Below, one piece after another: positions 13,051 through 29,244 of a stretch of DNA of 64,000 bases. The first letter of the stretch is position 1. Every line of letters starts with the position of its first letter. Under the pieces are notes generated by a model, which worked only from the letters and a program-made list of their open reading frames with translations, did not search any database and was not told where the DNA came from. The position numbers and the translations under genes are program-made. Source of the DNA: the human T2T-CHM13v2.0 reference genome, Homo sapiens; NCBI RefSeq assembly GCF_009914755.1, contig NC_060933.1. The stretch is one strand, 5' to 3'.

Positions 13051-13308
13051 GCCACCTGGCAATAGCTTCCAAAGTTTAATTAGAACACCTTCAAGGTTCC
13101 ATGGTTTCAAAGCATTGCTTGCTTACTTGATTTGTCTATTTTGCGTATGCCATGTATGATACATTTTTGTAGATTATACAAATAATCCCAACCCTTATAA
13201 TTTTATCAGTGGACTTTTCAAGGTGTCTGCTTTGCCTAGTTATCCCTTTACGTATTAACAAGTGTTCAGAGTAAAATAATATAATACATGGAGTATCAAT
13301 AGTGTCTC

Positions 13309-13678
13309 TGTATTAGTCCATTTTCTCACTACTATTTAAAAAACTGCCTGAAACTGGGTAACTTATAAAGGAAAAATGTTCGATTGACTCACAGTTCCAA
13401 ATGGCTGGGGAGGCCTCAGGAAACTTACAATAACGGCAGAAAGCAAAGGAGAAACAAGTACCTTCTTCACTTGGTGGCAGGAGAGAGAGTGCATGCCTGC
13501 AGGGAAAACTACCACTTTTAAACCATCAGATTTCCTGAGATCTCCCTCACTATCATGGGAACAGTATTGGGAAGCTGCCCCCATGATCCAATCATCTCCC
13601 ACCATGTTGCTCCCTTGACACGTGAGGATTACAATTCGAGATGAGATTTGTGTGGGGACAGAGGGCCAAACCATATCA
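13309..13678 (-). mobile_element. THE1D-like MaLR solo LTR
   Basis: TGTATTAGTCC...CAAACCATATCA termini. 5-bp TSD GTCTC at 13304-13308 and 13679-13683. Confidence 0.93.
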
Positions 13679-14231
13679 GTCTCCGAAGTAAAAGAAGTCC
13701 AGCTGTGTTTCTGACTCTTCTTCCTTTTCTGTTCCTGTGTTGGTCTAATACTAATTTTCCCCTGCTAACACACAGTCATCAATTGTGACATAACTGCATC
13801 AGCTTTCAGTTTGTTCTAAGTATATTAGAAGCAAAACAAATTATAGGAAGCATAGAACGTGATGAATATTTTACTGCTAACCTCTTGTCTTTGTTGATAT
13901 TTTAATAGGGAATTGCTAAAAATTTAAGTAGAATATCATTTGGAGACTATACTAAAATATCTTATTGAGAGATATCAATAACTTCCAGTCATTAAATCCA
14001 TTTGAAGTTTTTCCATTTCTATGACCTGACTAGACAGTACTAATAGTGAGCATATCCTTCTGAAAGGACTCTCATGTTTAACATTGCAAAACAATGGTAT
14101 TGTCATATATTTCTACTAAGCTTTGTTCCTTTCCATTTCCATTGTCACCCACTTCTCCTACAGCTGCTCTTTAAATCTTGAAATACTTCTAGTCCTTTTA
14201 ATCCCCATCCCCTACCTTTCTCCCTCTCTCA

Positions 14232-14432
14232 TTAATATATATAAATTATATAAATATATATAAATATATAAATATATATAAATATATAAAAATATATATT
14301 AATATATTAATTATATAAAATACATATTAATATATTAATTATATACAAATATATTAATATAGTAATTATATGTATATTAAAATATACATTATGTATATAC
14401 ATAATGTGTATATTAATATATACATATATATA
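14232..14432. repeat. (TA)-rich low-complexity tract
   Basis: About 200 bp almost entirely A/T, made of degenerate TATA units. Confidence 0.95.
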
Positions 14433-14439
14433 CACCTAT

Positions 14440-14960
14440 CAAAAGATCCTATGCACTCCCAGGACTTGAACTACCATCTCTTAAATATCTAACTTGGGCT
14501 TTAACCTCTTTCTTAAATGCTCTATCTCAATATTCTACCAGTCCCTCAATTCCTTAATTTGTTGCTTTAGAGGTACCTCAACCTAAACATGTCCCACGTT
14601 AACTTTATTTTATTCCTTTCCAAATCTCATTTTTTTCAATATGTTGTTTCAGAAATTATAGCCACTCTTCAACTGATTGCACCAGCAGAAACCAGAATAA
14701 TATTATTTATTTATCATTAAGTTCTTTTTCCAGGTCTGTCCCCCGACGTTCTCTCATGTGTATTTACTCCTTTATAGGCCTATTGCTATCACCATAGACC
14801 ATGGCTCAAAGTGAGTCATACGTGGACTGTCAAAATAGCCTTCACTTTTATGCCTCTACTCAATTCCCTTACAATCTACTCTTCCCAATGGTAGGCAGAA
14901 AGGAAGTGGTATTTTTAGTACAAATCTAACAGTAATCTTCCCGATTAAATTACATAATTG
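14440..14960 (+). mobile_element. L2 fragment (left part, interrupted by the L1PB)
   Basis: GGTACCTCAACCTAAACATGTCCCA, TGGACTGTCAAAATAGCCTTC and TACAAATCTAAC are L2-like blocks. Confidence 0.65.
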
Positions 14961-17900
14961 TGACCGTTTTTCTAAGATAGTGGAGTAGAGGCATTGCTAG
15001 TGTACCTCTCCCACTTGGAAGGACAAAATAGTGTGTAGAGATTCACAGTGTGAACTTTTTTCAAGAAGCAATGCAGGAACTGAACAGGAAATCCAATGGA
15101 ATCCACAGAATCTTTTAAGGAAGTGGGAGGCTGCAGCTACACTGTGAGACAGGCGAAGGGCTGTGAGTCCCAAGTGTGAGAAGGAGAGAGTTTGTCTCTG
15201 GGATACACACCCCCACCAGGGTCCCTAAAAGTCAAGGCTACTGAGGAAGGCCCTAACCCTACCCAGTGCAGGAAACAACTTGGGGATAGCCATGGCATAT
15301 AAAAGTAGGAGCAACTGCAGGAAGATAATTGCATGCACTCCCAGTTTGCAGCATGGACTGAGGGAAGCCACTCCTTTCTTGTACTTACAGGACACCCTGT
15401 AGAGGACAGCCAAAAATAGTTCAGGCAGTGGTCGCAGGTTGAAAGAAGCACCCAGCTAGATTTCATGATATAACCTCAGGTGGGGATGAACTCCCTTGAA
15501 ATGGGGGAGTGAAAAGTGGGCTGCAGCTGCAAGTGCAGGAGTCACAAGTGCAGGAGCCACAAGCCTAGAAGCCAGGCACCCAGCTTTGCAGCAGATAAGG
15601 AGGGACAAGGCCTGCAAGCTGCATATGCTATCTCAGTGGGAAAGCTTATGACTCAGCGCAGTTGCCAGTTCTCAGTGTAGGCTGACTGGAACTTAGCCTG
15701 CTGCTAAGTGGAACACTGCCAGAGTGGATCTGCCTCATCGTGTGTGTTGGATCTGTGTGGGGCTTACCTCAGCCTGCTATTCCCCACTCCCTGTGTGAGC
15801 TCTTCTGTCCATCAGAGGCAGCAACTCTCCCCTCTGGAACATCAAGCCAGTGGCCTGAGAACTGCCCCTGTCCCCCAACACCCACAGGGGCTGCAGTTTG
15901 CCCTGCAGGAAGAGACTCAGAGTGCAAACCCACAAGACCCAGCCCCCACCCGGCTTTGTCCTGCCATTCACCCTGGTAGCTTACCACAAAGGACTGAAAT
16001 TCTTGGAAGCATATGGCCCTCCTCATCACCTGAAAAACCAGAGTGCCCCTCCTGGGCAACATAAGGCAAGCAAAAATTCCACTACTACTGCTGCAGCTAG
16101 TGTTCTTTTTCAAATACCACCTTCTGTCTGGAGGCTAACCAAAACAGTCCACTACAGCATCTCCTGGTAGAGTAACGTTTCACCCAGGAAGGAGAAGATG
16201 GCTGTGTGATCTCAGCTATCATCACTGCCTGCACCACTCTGGCTAATTAGGAGGTCCTGAGCCGGTCCACTTGACCAGTCATTGCTACTATAACCAGTTT
16301 TCAAGAAAGCCAACACACTACGCTTATCAATAACCAAGGAATCTTACAGATTCTATGTCACTCCCCTATCACCCGTATTAAAGCTGGTGCTGCTTCCCAC
16401 TGCCAGGAGTCTTGAGGCCAGGTCACATCATCAGATCCCTTGGAGACATTCCCCAGCATCAGCCTGGAGTGTGGCAACTTCACTGGGAAGCTAGATCCAG
16501 AGGAGCAACAACACTCACAGTAGTCTGACTGACCCCCAGGAACGCTCACTCCTAGGGAAAGGGGAAGTGTACTACATCAAGGGAACACCCCGTGGGGCAA
16601 AAAAGGATGTACAGCAGACCTTGAGCACTGGATATTTCCATAGGTGAGAAGTTTCTTTCAGCAGAGGCAAAGTTATAGTGCTGGGTTCAGCAGGGAAGGT
16701 CTTCAGTTCTAACCCAACAGTCAGCTCCCTGGTGTGCACCACAGGCACAACTGGGGGCCTCTCCCACAGGAACTTGGCATAAGTGCAACTCTATATGCCT
16801 TTCTGGAACATGTCAGATTGACTGTATCCCTACAGGAAGAGCACTCTCCAGGGTTGGAGAAGAGTCCGAGTCATAATTCCTCTCTACTTGGAACATCAAC
16901 ATTCCTACAGCTGACAAGAGCTGCCTGTTTGATCTGAGTAGCTGGAGCACTGGGACAGGAGTGTTTCTGAGAGATGAATAATGTTCCAGCTGACATGGCA
17001 GGGGAGCTGAGGTGGCTCCAACCATTTCCCCTGATAAGACCTCAATGTAACTCACTGAGAGCTCCTCCAGTCACCTCTGTCAAGGCTGTGACCTCTGCCC
17101 ATCATTGGGTATTGCATTTATCCATCTGCTTTGGCCACAGCTGGTTCCTTCTGAGGGACAACTGCCCTACTGGCTGGAAGTCCAAATCATCAAAACAGCA
17201 AATAAAATACTGGGGAAAAATCAATAAGTAAAAAGTATGTAAGTAGAATGAGATAAGCTTCAAGAAACCTCTATCATTCCAATCCCACAGGAAACAATGA
17301 AATTGTTCACACACCAAGCATATTACTACTACAACCAGCACATGAGGAAGCCGTTGTAAAAAGACACTGTATTACCATTGAATTCTTACAGTCTTCATGC
17401 CTGAAGGCACCAAAAATAGAATTAGGCTATAATTAACTAAAAGCATTAAAGTCACATTCATAAGGGGTAAAAATAAATTAACAAACATATAAACAAAAAA
17501 GAAACAGTCAAATCAAACATAAATTCAACAATAATTAGAAGAAATAGTCTACCCAAATGAAAAGGAAGCAGAAATATGGCAAATGGTAATATGGCAAAAC
17601 AAGGTTTTATAACACCATCCGAAAGATCACACTAACTCAGCAGCAATAGACTCAAACCAAGATGAAATCTTTGAAATATCAGATAAAAAACTCAGAAGGT
17701 CGATTATTAAGCTACTCAAGGAGATATCAGAGAAAGGTGAAAGCCATCATAAAGAAATGTTCAAAGTTCATGATATAAGTGAAAATTTTTCTAGAGAGAT
17801 GGATATCATAAAGAAAAACAATTGGAACTTCTGGAAATGAAAGACAAACCTAGGGAATTACAAAATGCAGTGAAAAGTTTTAACAATAGGCTAGAACAAG

Positions 17901-19530
17901 TAGAAAAATGAATTTCAGAGCTTGAAGACAAGACTTCTGAATTAACCCCATCAGTCAAAAATAAAGAAAAAAAAATCAAAAGAAATAAACAAAGTCTCCA
18001 AGAAATATGGGAGTATGTGAAACAAACAAACCTAAAAATAATTGGTGTTCCTGAGGGAAAAGAGAAAACAATAATTCTGGAAAACTTATTTCAGGAAATA
18101 ATTGGGGCAAACATCCCTTGCCGAGCTAGATATATAGTTTCAAATCCAAGAAGCTCAAAGAACTCCTGGGAAATTCACTGCAAAAAAGATATTCTCCAAG
18201 GCATATAGTCATTAGGCTACCTAAAGTCAACATGAAGAAGCAAATTCTAAGAGTAGTAAGACAAAAGCATTGGGTAACTTACAAAGAAAAACCTATCAGA
18301 CTAACAGCAGGCTTCTCAGCAGAAACCTAACAGGCCAGAAAGGATTGGGGTCCTATCTTCAACTTCCTTAAATAGAATCCTAAATAGAATAATTATTAGT
18401 CAAAAATTTTGTATCCAGCAAAACTAAGTTTCATAAATGAAAGAGAAATAATGTCATATTCAGAAAAATGCTGAGAGAATTTGTCACTACCAAACCAGCA
18501 CTACAAGAAATGCTAAAAGGAGTTCTAAACTCTGAAACAGAAGGCTGATCTGCATCAAAATAGAAACTCTTGAAAGCTTAAAACTCACAGAGCCCATAAA
18601 TAGATAAATTAAAAAAGGAAATAAAAACTATCTAGGTAACACTTAATATGATGAAGAGAACAGTACCTCACATCTCAATATTAACATTGAATGTAAATGG
18701 CCTAAACTTTTCACTTAAAATATACAGAATTGCAGAATGGATGAAAAATTATAAACCAAATATGTACTGTCTTCAAGAGACTCATCTAACATGGAAGGAT
18801 TCATATAAAGTCAAGTTAAAAAGGTAGAAATATATATTCCATGCAAATGAAAAACAAAAACAAGCAGTAGTAACTATTCTTATATTAGACAAAACAGACT
18901 TCATAGCAACAATAGAAAAAAAATGATCACCATATCATGATAACAGGATCAAGCCAACAATTCCACATTTATATTCACCTAACAGTGGAGTTCCAAGATT
19001 CAAAAAACAGTCACTACTAGATCTGAGAAATCAGATAGAAAGCAGCACAATAATAATGTGAGACCTCAATACAGCACTGACAGCACAGGGCAGATCATCA
19101 AGACAGAAAGTCAACAAAGAAACAATGGACTGAAACGACATGCTGGAACACATGAACTTAATGAATATTCACAGAATATTCTACCCAAGAACTGCAGAAT
19201 ATATTATTCTTATCAGCACATGGAACATTCTCCAAGATAGGCCATATGCTAGGCCTATCTTGGAGAGATACATTTTTAAAAAATCAAAATAACATCCAGT
19301 GTCTTCTCAGACCAGAGGAATAAAACTAGAAATCATCTCCAAAAAGAACCCTCAAAACTATACAAATACATGAAAACTAAATAATCTGCTGCTTATGATA
19401 CCTGGGTTAACAATGAAATCAGATGTAAATTAAAAAGTTATTTGAATTGAATAATAATGACCCTAGTTATCAAAACCTCTAGAATACACCAAAAGCAGTG
19501 CTAAGAGGAAAGTTTATAGTACTAAATGCC

Positions 19531-19757
19531 ATGGCATAAAATTTCATAAATATTTATATTTGCTGTACATTTTAATTATATATCTAGCATTTTTTTCTGT
19601 TTAAATGTAGACAATGCTAAAACTTGCCTATTGATTTAGATATTCTCAAGAAGGTGACATTTGTTACCATCAGCTGTTAAAACATTAATTATTTTATGAT
19701 ATTGCATTGTTTTTGTTAATTCTGAATAAACCAGTATGTCCTAAAAAAAAAAAAAAA
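19531..19757 (+). pseudogene. Unidentified polyadenylated insert, probably a retrocopied mRNA 3' UTR end, within L1PB ORF2
   Basis: L1 sequence stops at ACTAAATGCC (19530) and resumes at AAAAAGTC. The insert is AU-rich and not L1-like, with AATAAA at 19725-19730 and an A15 run starting 12 nt later. Confidence 0.65.
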
Positions 19758-19768
19758 GTCTTAAAGAG

Positions 19769-20076
19769 GGTCAGACGTGGTGGCTCACACCTGCAATCCC
19801 AGCACAATGGAGGGTCAAAGCGAGTGGATTGCTTGAGGCAAGGAATTTGAGACCAGCCTGGGCAACATGACAAAATCTTGTCTCTACAGGAAAAAAAAAA
19901 AAAACAAAAGAAACCCTAGCCAGGCAAGGTGGCATGCTCTGTGGTTCTGGCAACTCCTCAATCTGAAGTGAGAAGATCCCTTGAACCCAGGAGGCAGAGG
20001 TTGCAGTGAGCGAGATCACATCACTGCACTTCAGCCCGGGGGGGTGACAGAGTAAGACTGCCTCAAAAAAGAAAAT
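19769..20076 (+). mobile_element. AluJ
   Basis: Divergent dimeric Alu (GGATTGCTTGAGGCAAGGAATTTGAG). TSD AAAAAGTCT(T/A)AAAGAG at 19753-19768 and 20077-20092. Confidence 0.93.
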
Positions 20077-22306
20077 AAAAAGTCTAAAAGAGCACAAATT
20101 GACAACCTAATGTCACACCTCAGAGAAATAAGAACAAACTAACCCCAAAGCTAGAAGAAAATAAGTAACAAAGACCAGAGCAGAACTAAATGAAATTCAA
20201 ACAAAAAAGATACAAAGATCACTGAAACAAAAAGCCACTTCTTTAGAAAAATAAACAAAAAAGATAAACCGTTAACTAGGTTAACCAAGAAGAGAAGAGT
20301 GAAGATCCAAATAAGCTGAATTAGAAATGAAGCGAGACATTACAACTGACACCACAGAAATACAAACGATCATTTGAGACTGCTATGAACAACTTGATGT
20401 ATACAAATTAGAAAATCTAGAGAAAATAAATTTCTGGTAACATACAACCCTCCTATGTTAAATCAGAAAGAAATAGAAGCCCTGAATAGACCAATAACAA
20501 GCAGTAAGATTGAATCATTATTTTAAAAGATTGCCGCAAAAGAAAATCCAGAACCAGATGGATTCATAACTGAATTCTACAAGACCTTCAAATAAGGATT
20601 GGTACCAATCCTACTGAAACTATCACAAAAGATTGAGAAAGTGGGAATCTTCCCCAATTTACTATATGAAGCCAATATCACTCTGATACCAAAACCAGGA
20701 AAGGACACAACAAAAAAAGAAAATTACAGATCAATTTTTATCATGAATATAGATTCAAAAATTCTCAGCAAAATACTAACTAACCAAATCCAACAGCACT
20801 TCAAGGGATTGTTTAACACACACAAGAAAATAAATGTGATATATCACATACACAGGATTAAAAACAAAAACCATACGAACACCTCAATAGATGCAGAAAA
20901 ATCATTTTATAAAATGCAATACCCCTTTATGATAAAGACTTGCCTCAAAATAATAAAAGCCATATGTCAAACATACAGCAAACATCATAATAAATGGGAA
21001 TAAGTTGAAAGCATTCTCTGTGAGAACAGGAACAAGAAAAGGATGCCTACTTTTACCACTCCTATTCAACATAGTTCTGGAAGTCCTAGCTAGAGCCATT
21101 AGGCAAGAGAAAGCAATAAAGAACATGTAAATTGGAAAAGAGGAAGTCAAACTGTCACTGTTTGCAGGTAATATGAAAGTATATCCAGGAAATCCTAAAG
21201 ACTCCTCCAAAAGACTCCTAGATTTGATAAATACATTCAGTAACGTCTCAGGTTACAAAATCAATGTATACAAATCAGTAGCACTTTTATACACTAACAA
21301 CAACCAAGCTAAGAATTAAATAATAACAATACTTTTTACAACAGCTGCCATCAAATAAATGAAATATCTAAGCATATACTAAAGAAGTTGAATTATCTCA
21401 AAAAGGAGAAATACAAACACTGCTGAAAAAAATTAAAGATGACACAAATGTATGGAAATGCATCCCATGCTCATGGATTGGAGAATCAATATTGTGAAAA
21501 TGACCATATGGCCCAAAGCAATTTACAGTTTCAATGCAATTCCTATCAAAATACTGACATAAGTTTCACAGAATTAGAAAAAAAAAATCCTAAAATTAAT
21601 ATGGAACCAAAAAAGATCCCAAATAGCCAAAGCAATAATAACCAGAAAGAACAAATCTGGAGGCATCACATTACTAGACTTCAAATTCTACTACAAGGCT
21701 GTAAGTTACCAAAACAACAATGATACTGGAATAAAGGTAGGCACATACACTGGTGGAACAGAATAGAGAGCCCATAAATGAAGCCAAACATGTACACCCA
21801 GCTTACCTTTGACAAAGCATACAAAAACATAAATAGGGGAATGAATATACTATCTAATAAATGGTGCTGGTAAAACTGGCAAGCTGCATATATAAAAATG
21901 AAACTGGATCCCTAGTTCTCACTTTATACAAAAATCAACTCAAGATTGATCAAAGACTTAAATATAAGACCTGAAACCATAAAAATTCTAGAAGACAGGT
22001 TGGAAAAGCTCTTCTAGACATTGACCTGAGCAAAGAAGTCATGACTAAGACCTCAAAAGCAAATGCAGCAAGAACAACCATAAATAAATGGGACCCAATT
22101 AAACTAGATAGCTTGTGCACAACAACAGAAATATTTAACAATAATTAGAGTAAACAGACACCCACAGAGTTGGAGAAGTTATTTGCAAACTACACATCCA
22201 ACAAAGGACTAGTATATAGAATCTACAAGGAATTAAAATCAATCAGCAAGAAAAACACAAATAATCCCATCAAAAAGTGGGCAAAGAACAGGAACAGACA
22301 TTTCTT

Positions 22307-25072
<2,766 letters not shown>

Positions 25073-25899
25073 TTAAAAAGAAGATATGCAAATGGACAAG
25101 AAACATACAAAAAATGCTCAACATAACTACTTATCAGGGAAATGCAAATTAAAACCACAATGAGATACCACCTTACTCCTGCAAGAATGGCCATAATTTT
25201 GACTATTATCAAAAGTGAAAGAAAAAAAAACAACAGTAGATGTTGGCATGGATGTGGGAGAAAGGGAGTGCTTATACACTGCTGGTGGAAATATAAATAA
25301 GTACAAGCTCTATGGAAAACAGTATGGAGACTCCTTAAAGAGCTAAAAGTAGATCTACCATTTGATCCAGCAATTCCACTACTGGATATCTACCCAAAGT
25401 AAAAGAAGTAATTTTATGAAAAAGACACTTGCACATGCATGTTTATAGCAGCATAATTCACAATTGCTAAGATGTAGAATGTACAAAAGTGCCCATCAAC
25501 AAATGAGTGTATAAAAAAATTTGGTATACATACATCATGGACTACTACTCAGAAAGGAACAAAATAATGTCTTTTGTAGCAACTTGGATGGAGCTGGAGA
25601 CCATTATTCTAAATGAAGTAACACAGGAGTAGAAAACCAAAAATAGTGCATTCCTACCAATAAGTGGGAGCTAAACTATGAGTACAGAAAGGCATACAGT
25701 GTGATATATGGAATTTAGAGAATCAGAAGGGGGAGGGTGGGAGGAGGGCTAGGGATAAAACAAAAGACACATTAGATACAATGTACACTACTCTACTGGA
25801 GGGTGCACTAAATCTCAGCAGTTATTACTATATGATTCTTCCATGTAACAAAGAACCACTGGTAACCCAAAAACTATTGAAATAAAGATTGTTTTTTAA

Positions 25900-26400
25900 G
25901 TTACATATTGGCTTTCAATTTTGGGGGGCTGAAAAAATAATCTTACAAGCCCTCTCAAGTTCTTGCACTTACATCTCATTCACATCTGTCTGTAAATGCA
26001 TTACAGATTCATTGTAATTCAACTATGATGTAATTCAAATTTTTGCTTCCTAAATGCAGCATGTTTCTCCTCAAAGTTAAAATATTTCTTCAATGTACCC
26101 TCTTATGATTTTTTGCTCACACAGCTTCTTTTATCTGTATCTTTATAACATTTGTTATGCTTTACTTGGCCTTTTAATATCTTTCTTTGCCACCAAGTAG
26201 ATTTTATTTCACTAAAGTTTTAAGTATTTTGTAATTATTACACACACATTCACTCCTGTACATTTTCATGGACATTCCCACATTAAGGTTTTATTATAGT
26301 TGTTTCTTACTGCTTATTCCAGTTTTTACAATAACCTAGGTCAAAATTAACAGTTAGATTCTACCCATTATAAATAAAATGATTCCTTGCCAAAATGCAA
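25900..26400 (+). mobile_element. L2 fragment (right part, continuing after the L1PB)
   Basis: Degenerate L2 3'-region-like sequence resumes right after the TSD copy. Confidence 0.4.
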
Positions 26401-27014
26401 ACTGCTTTTCTGCTATGTTTAATGAGATCAGCTCACACTTATCTGTTAACTCGTTTGCCTGAAGGAACTGGTAAACATTCTGATGTTATTTTTCATTATT
26501 ATTGCTTTGGCTCATTCTTTTTTCTTTTGTAAGGTATATTTTTGTCTATTTTCTTGTCTTTAGACTCATTTGTATTGGAAGAAATATGTAATTTACCTAC
26601 TGATAATTACAGTAGTCATTTGCTATGCTTATTAAAATTGGGATAGTACCAGAATTTTAGGCATTATTTGTTACTTAAGTCTCCAAATATATGGGAATTG
26701 GATGCATCCATCTAATGGGAACTGTTGATGTGCCAGAGACCTTACATTTCAAAAAGCATGAGCAGGTTTTTAGAAATTTTAGTGCCCTAAATACATTCTA
26801 TATTCTGCACCAAATTTTTGTAAATTAGCCACTCCATCCTTCAAGATATACAAATACTGGGACAAAAGTAGGGCTCTTACATTTCACAGATACTTTTTTC
26901 CGAAAATAGTTCTTTTAGTATTGTGTCTATAGTTCTTTTAAGTTTGGGTGTATGTGGGTTAATGTGATTAATTACAACCTGTATTTTAATTAATTGATGA
27001 AAAACTCTTACAGA

Positions 27015-27900
27015 GACATGAGACTTCCAGAACATTAGTGTGAGGAACTTGGGGAAAACTCTTCCTTGATATGGCATCTATTAAGCTGTTCAAAATTTGC
27101 AAATACAGTCATTAAAAACTTCTGGAGTTTCTTTCATGAGCTTACAACAAATTGACAAAATTGGTAAAATTTAGTAAAAATCTAAAGAGCTCAATAGGGC
27201 AGCTTGAGGCTGTTCCTATCTGCTCGCTGCTTTTCCTTGAGGAAGAACAGTTGCATTAGATTCAGCAGCCAAGTGGCAGTCCATCTCTTCCAACACCATA
27301 AGTGGAGGGCTCTTCTGGGTGTATTAGGCTGACAAACACTGGCAGATTCCATTTACCACAACCCTTTAATGCACACAACCTCTATGAAGTGTGCGGTGGC
27401 AGTGGGGCAATGATGCCATTCTTCTACCCCCAGTTCCCAATTTCTAATGAGAACCCTAGTGGGGCAGCTGTTGAAGAGTGGAGTTCTTATCTCCTACAGA
27501 GCTCTGTGTTGCAGGACAGTTGTTCCAGTGAGCTAGAGAGTCAGATGTCAGCTCTAATTTCTTCCAGCTTCCTATGGCAGAAGTATTATTCCTAGTAAAT
27601 TTGGCAGTCACTAAACAAGATATATCCCATATTCCCAGTTCTGGTCTGGGGAAGGTCCATATTGGACAGTTCCCACTGTCTCTCCACCCATACACACAGC
27701 TATTCTCCATATGGGAGGTATCTATGAGGCAGTGGGGGCAGATCAAGCTCTCACAAAATGTCCTCAACCCACAGCTTCTCCGTGTGGCTCACGGTGTGTT
27801 TTCAGAGGAGGGTATGAGCAAGCCTCAGACACTAACAACATCCTCAGCTCTTGCCAAGACACCCAGCTTTAACTGCATTAGATTGTGAAGCAATTTATAC
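27015..27900 (+). mobile_element. Probable ancient L1 (L1M4/L1ME-type) 5' UTR fragment
   Basis: Locally GC-richer block starting AGACTTCCAG with an AAAACTTCTGGAG motif resembling old L1 5' ends. Weak match. Confidence 0.35.
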
Positions 27901-28084
27901 CCCATGGTATGGTTCCCAACAATGAAATAATCAGCTATAAATTAATGAAGGCTAACAGCTAGATTTTATGCCAATACAGGCAGATTACACAGAAGTTAAA
28001 TGGCATATCAAGAAAAGAGACAAAGAGATCTCAGCTAAAGGCAAAAACAAAATTTAAAAGACAAAATAATATACAATAATATTT

Positions 28085-28327
28085 TATGTGTATTTTTTGA
28101 TTATTATGGATAAATACTAATTGTACATATTTATGGGTTACATGTGGTATTTTGATACAAGCATGCAATGTATAATGATCAAATTAGAGTAACTGGAGTA
28201 TCTCAAACCTCAAGCATTTATCATTTATTTATATTGGGAACATTCTAATTCCATTCTTATAGTTAATTTGAAATATACAATAAATTCTTGTTAGCTATAG
28301 TCACCCTATAGTTCTACAGAGCACTTA
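28085..28327 (-). mobile_element. L1MA4-type 3' end
   Basis: TTGTACATATTTATGGGTTACATGTGGTATTTTGATACAAGCAT...TATAGTCACCCTA. Confidence 0.85.
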
Positions 28328-28344
28328 TCCTTTTAAATGGTTAG

Positions 28345-28890
28345 AAAAAATTGAACATATATAAACCAGCAATTTTATTACAAGATAAATAAAAACATCC
28401 AGCCATACAAAAAAGTATATTTGTATGTTAATAGCAGTATTATTAATAAAAGAAAAAAGGTAAAAACAACTCAACTGATTAATGGATAAACAAAATATGT
28501 ATCTACAAAATGTAATTGTATTTGACAATAAAAAATGAAGTACTGATATGTGCTACAACATAAATGATTCTTGAAAACATGCTAAGTGGAAGCATCAGGT
28601 TACAAGGACAACATACTGTATAATACCATTCATTTAAAATATATAGTATAGGTAAATCTACAGAAACAGAAAGTAGATTAGCGGTTGTTGAGGGCTTACA
28701 TGGAAATTGGGGATGGGGAAATGAGGAGTGACTGCTAATGAGTATGGGTTTTTTTTCAGCTTATTAAAATATTACAATTGATTGTGGTAATGGTTATAAA
28801 AATTCAGAATATATTTAAAAAATGGAATTATATACTTTAATAATAAATAAGTGAATTGCAAGGTATATAAATTATATCTCAATAAACTTA
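28345..28890 (+). mobile_element. L1MB7/8-type 3' end
   Basis: AGGTAAATCTACAGAAACAGAAAGTAGATTAGCGGTTG...GAGTGACTGCTAATGAGTATGGG...TATATCTCAATAAA. Confidence 0.85.
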
Positions 28891-29244
28891 AAGTAGAAAC
28901 ACTACTATTGTATTTTGCTTTATGACTTATCTTAGCTCAAATTTTCCATAATTAGAATACATTTTAATATTTTAGATCCATTTATATAGTATAATCACTA
29001 CATACCTTTAATTATGAGAGTATGAATAATTCTATTTGCATTTTCATTATCAACTTTTACTTTATTACCTATAGTTTTAATTAAAACTAATATTAGAGAC
29101 ATTATGTACTTTTGTTTACACTTATCTGTTTTCTCAGAAGTTGTCATTTTATATCCCATTTTGCAAAGTAGTTGTTTTATGTCTTCCAATAAGAGTGCAT
29201 TTTTTATGATTTTTGATTTCTGAAATAAAATATGAATTTTAAAA

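Noticed and set aside
15137-17341. Cluster of 60-118 aa ORFs suggesting a gene
   Set aside because: They overlap on both strands within the GC-richer L1PB 5' UTR and have no recognisable domains.
25728-25754. G-quadruplex-like G-run tract (also 31-52 on the minus strand)
   Set aside because: This is the ordinary polypurine tract of L1 3' UTRs and not specific to this locus.
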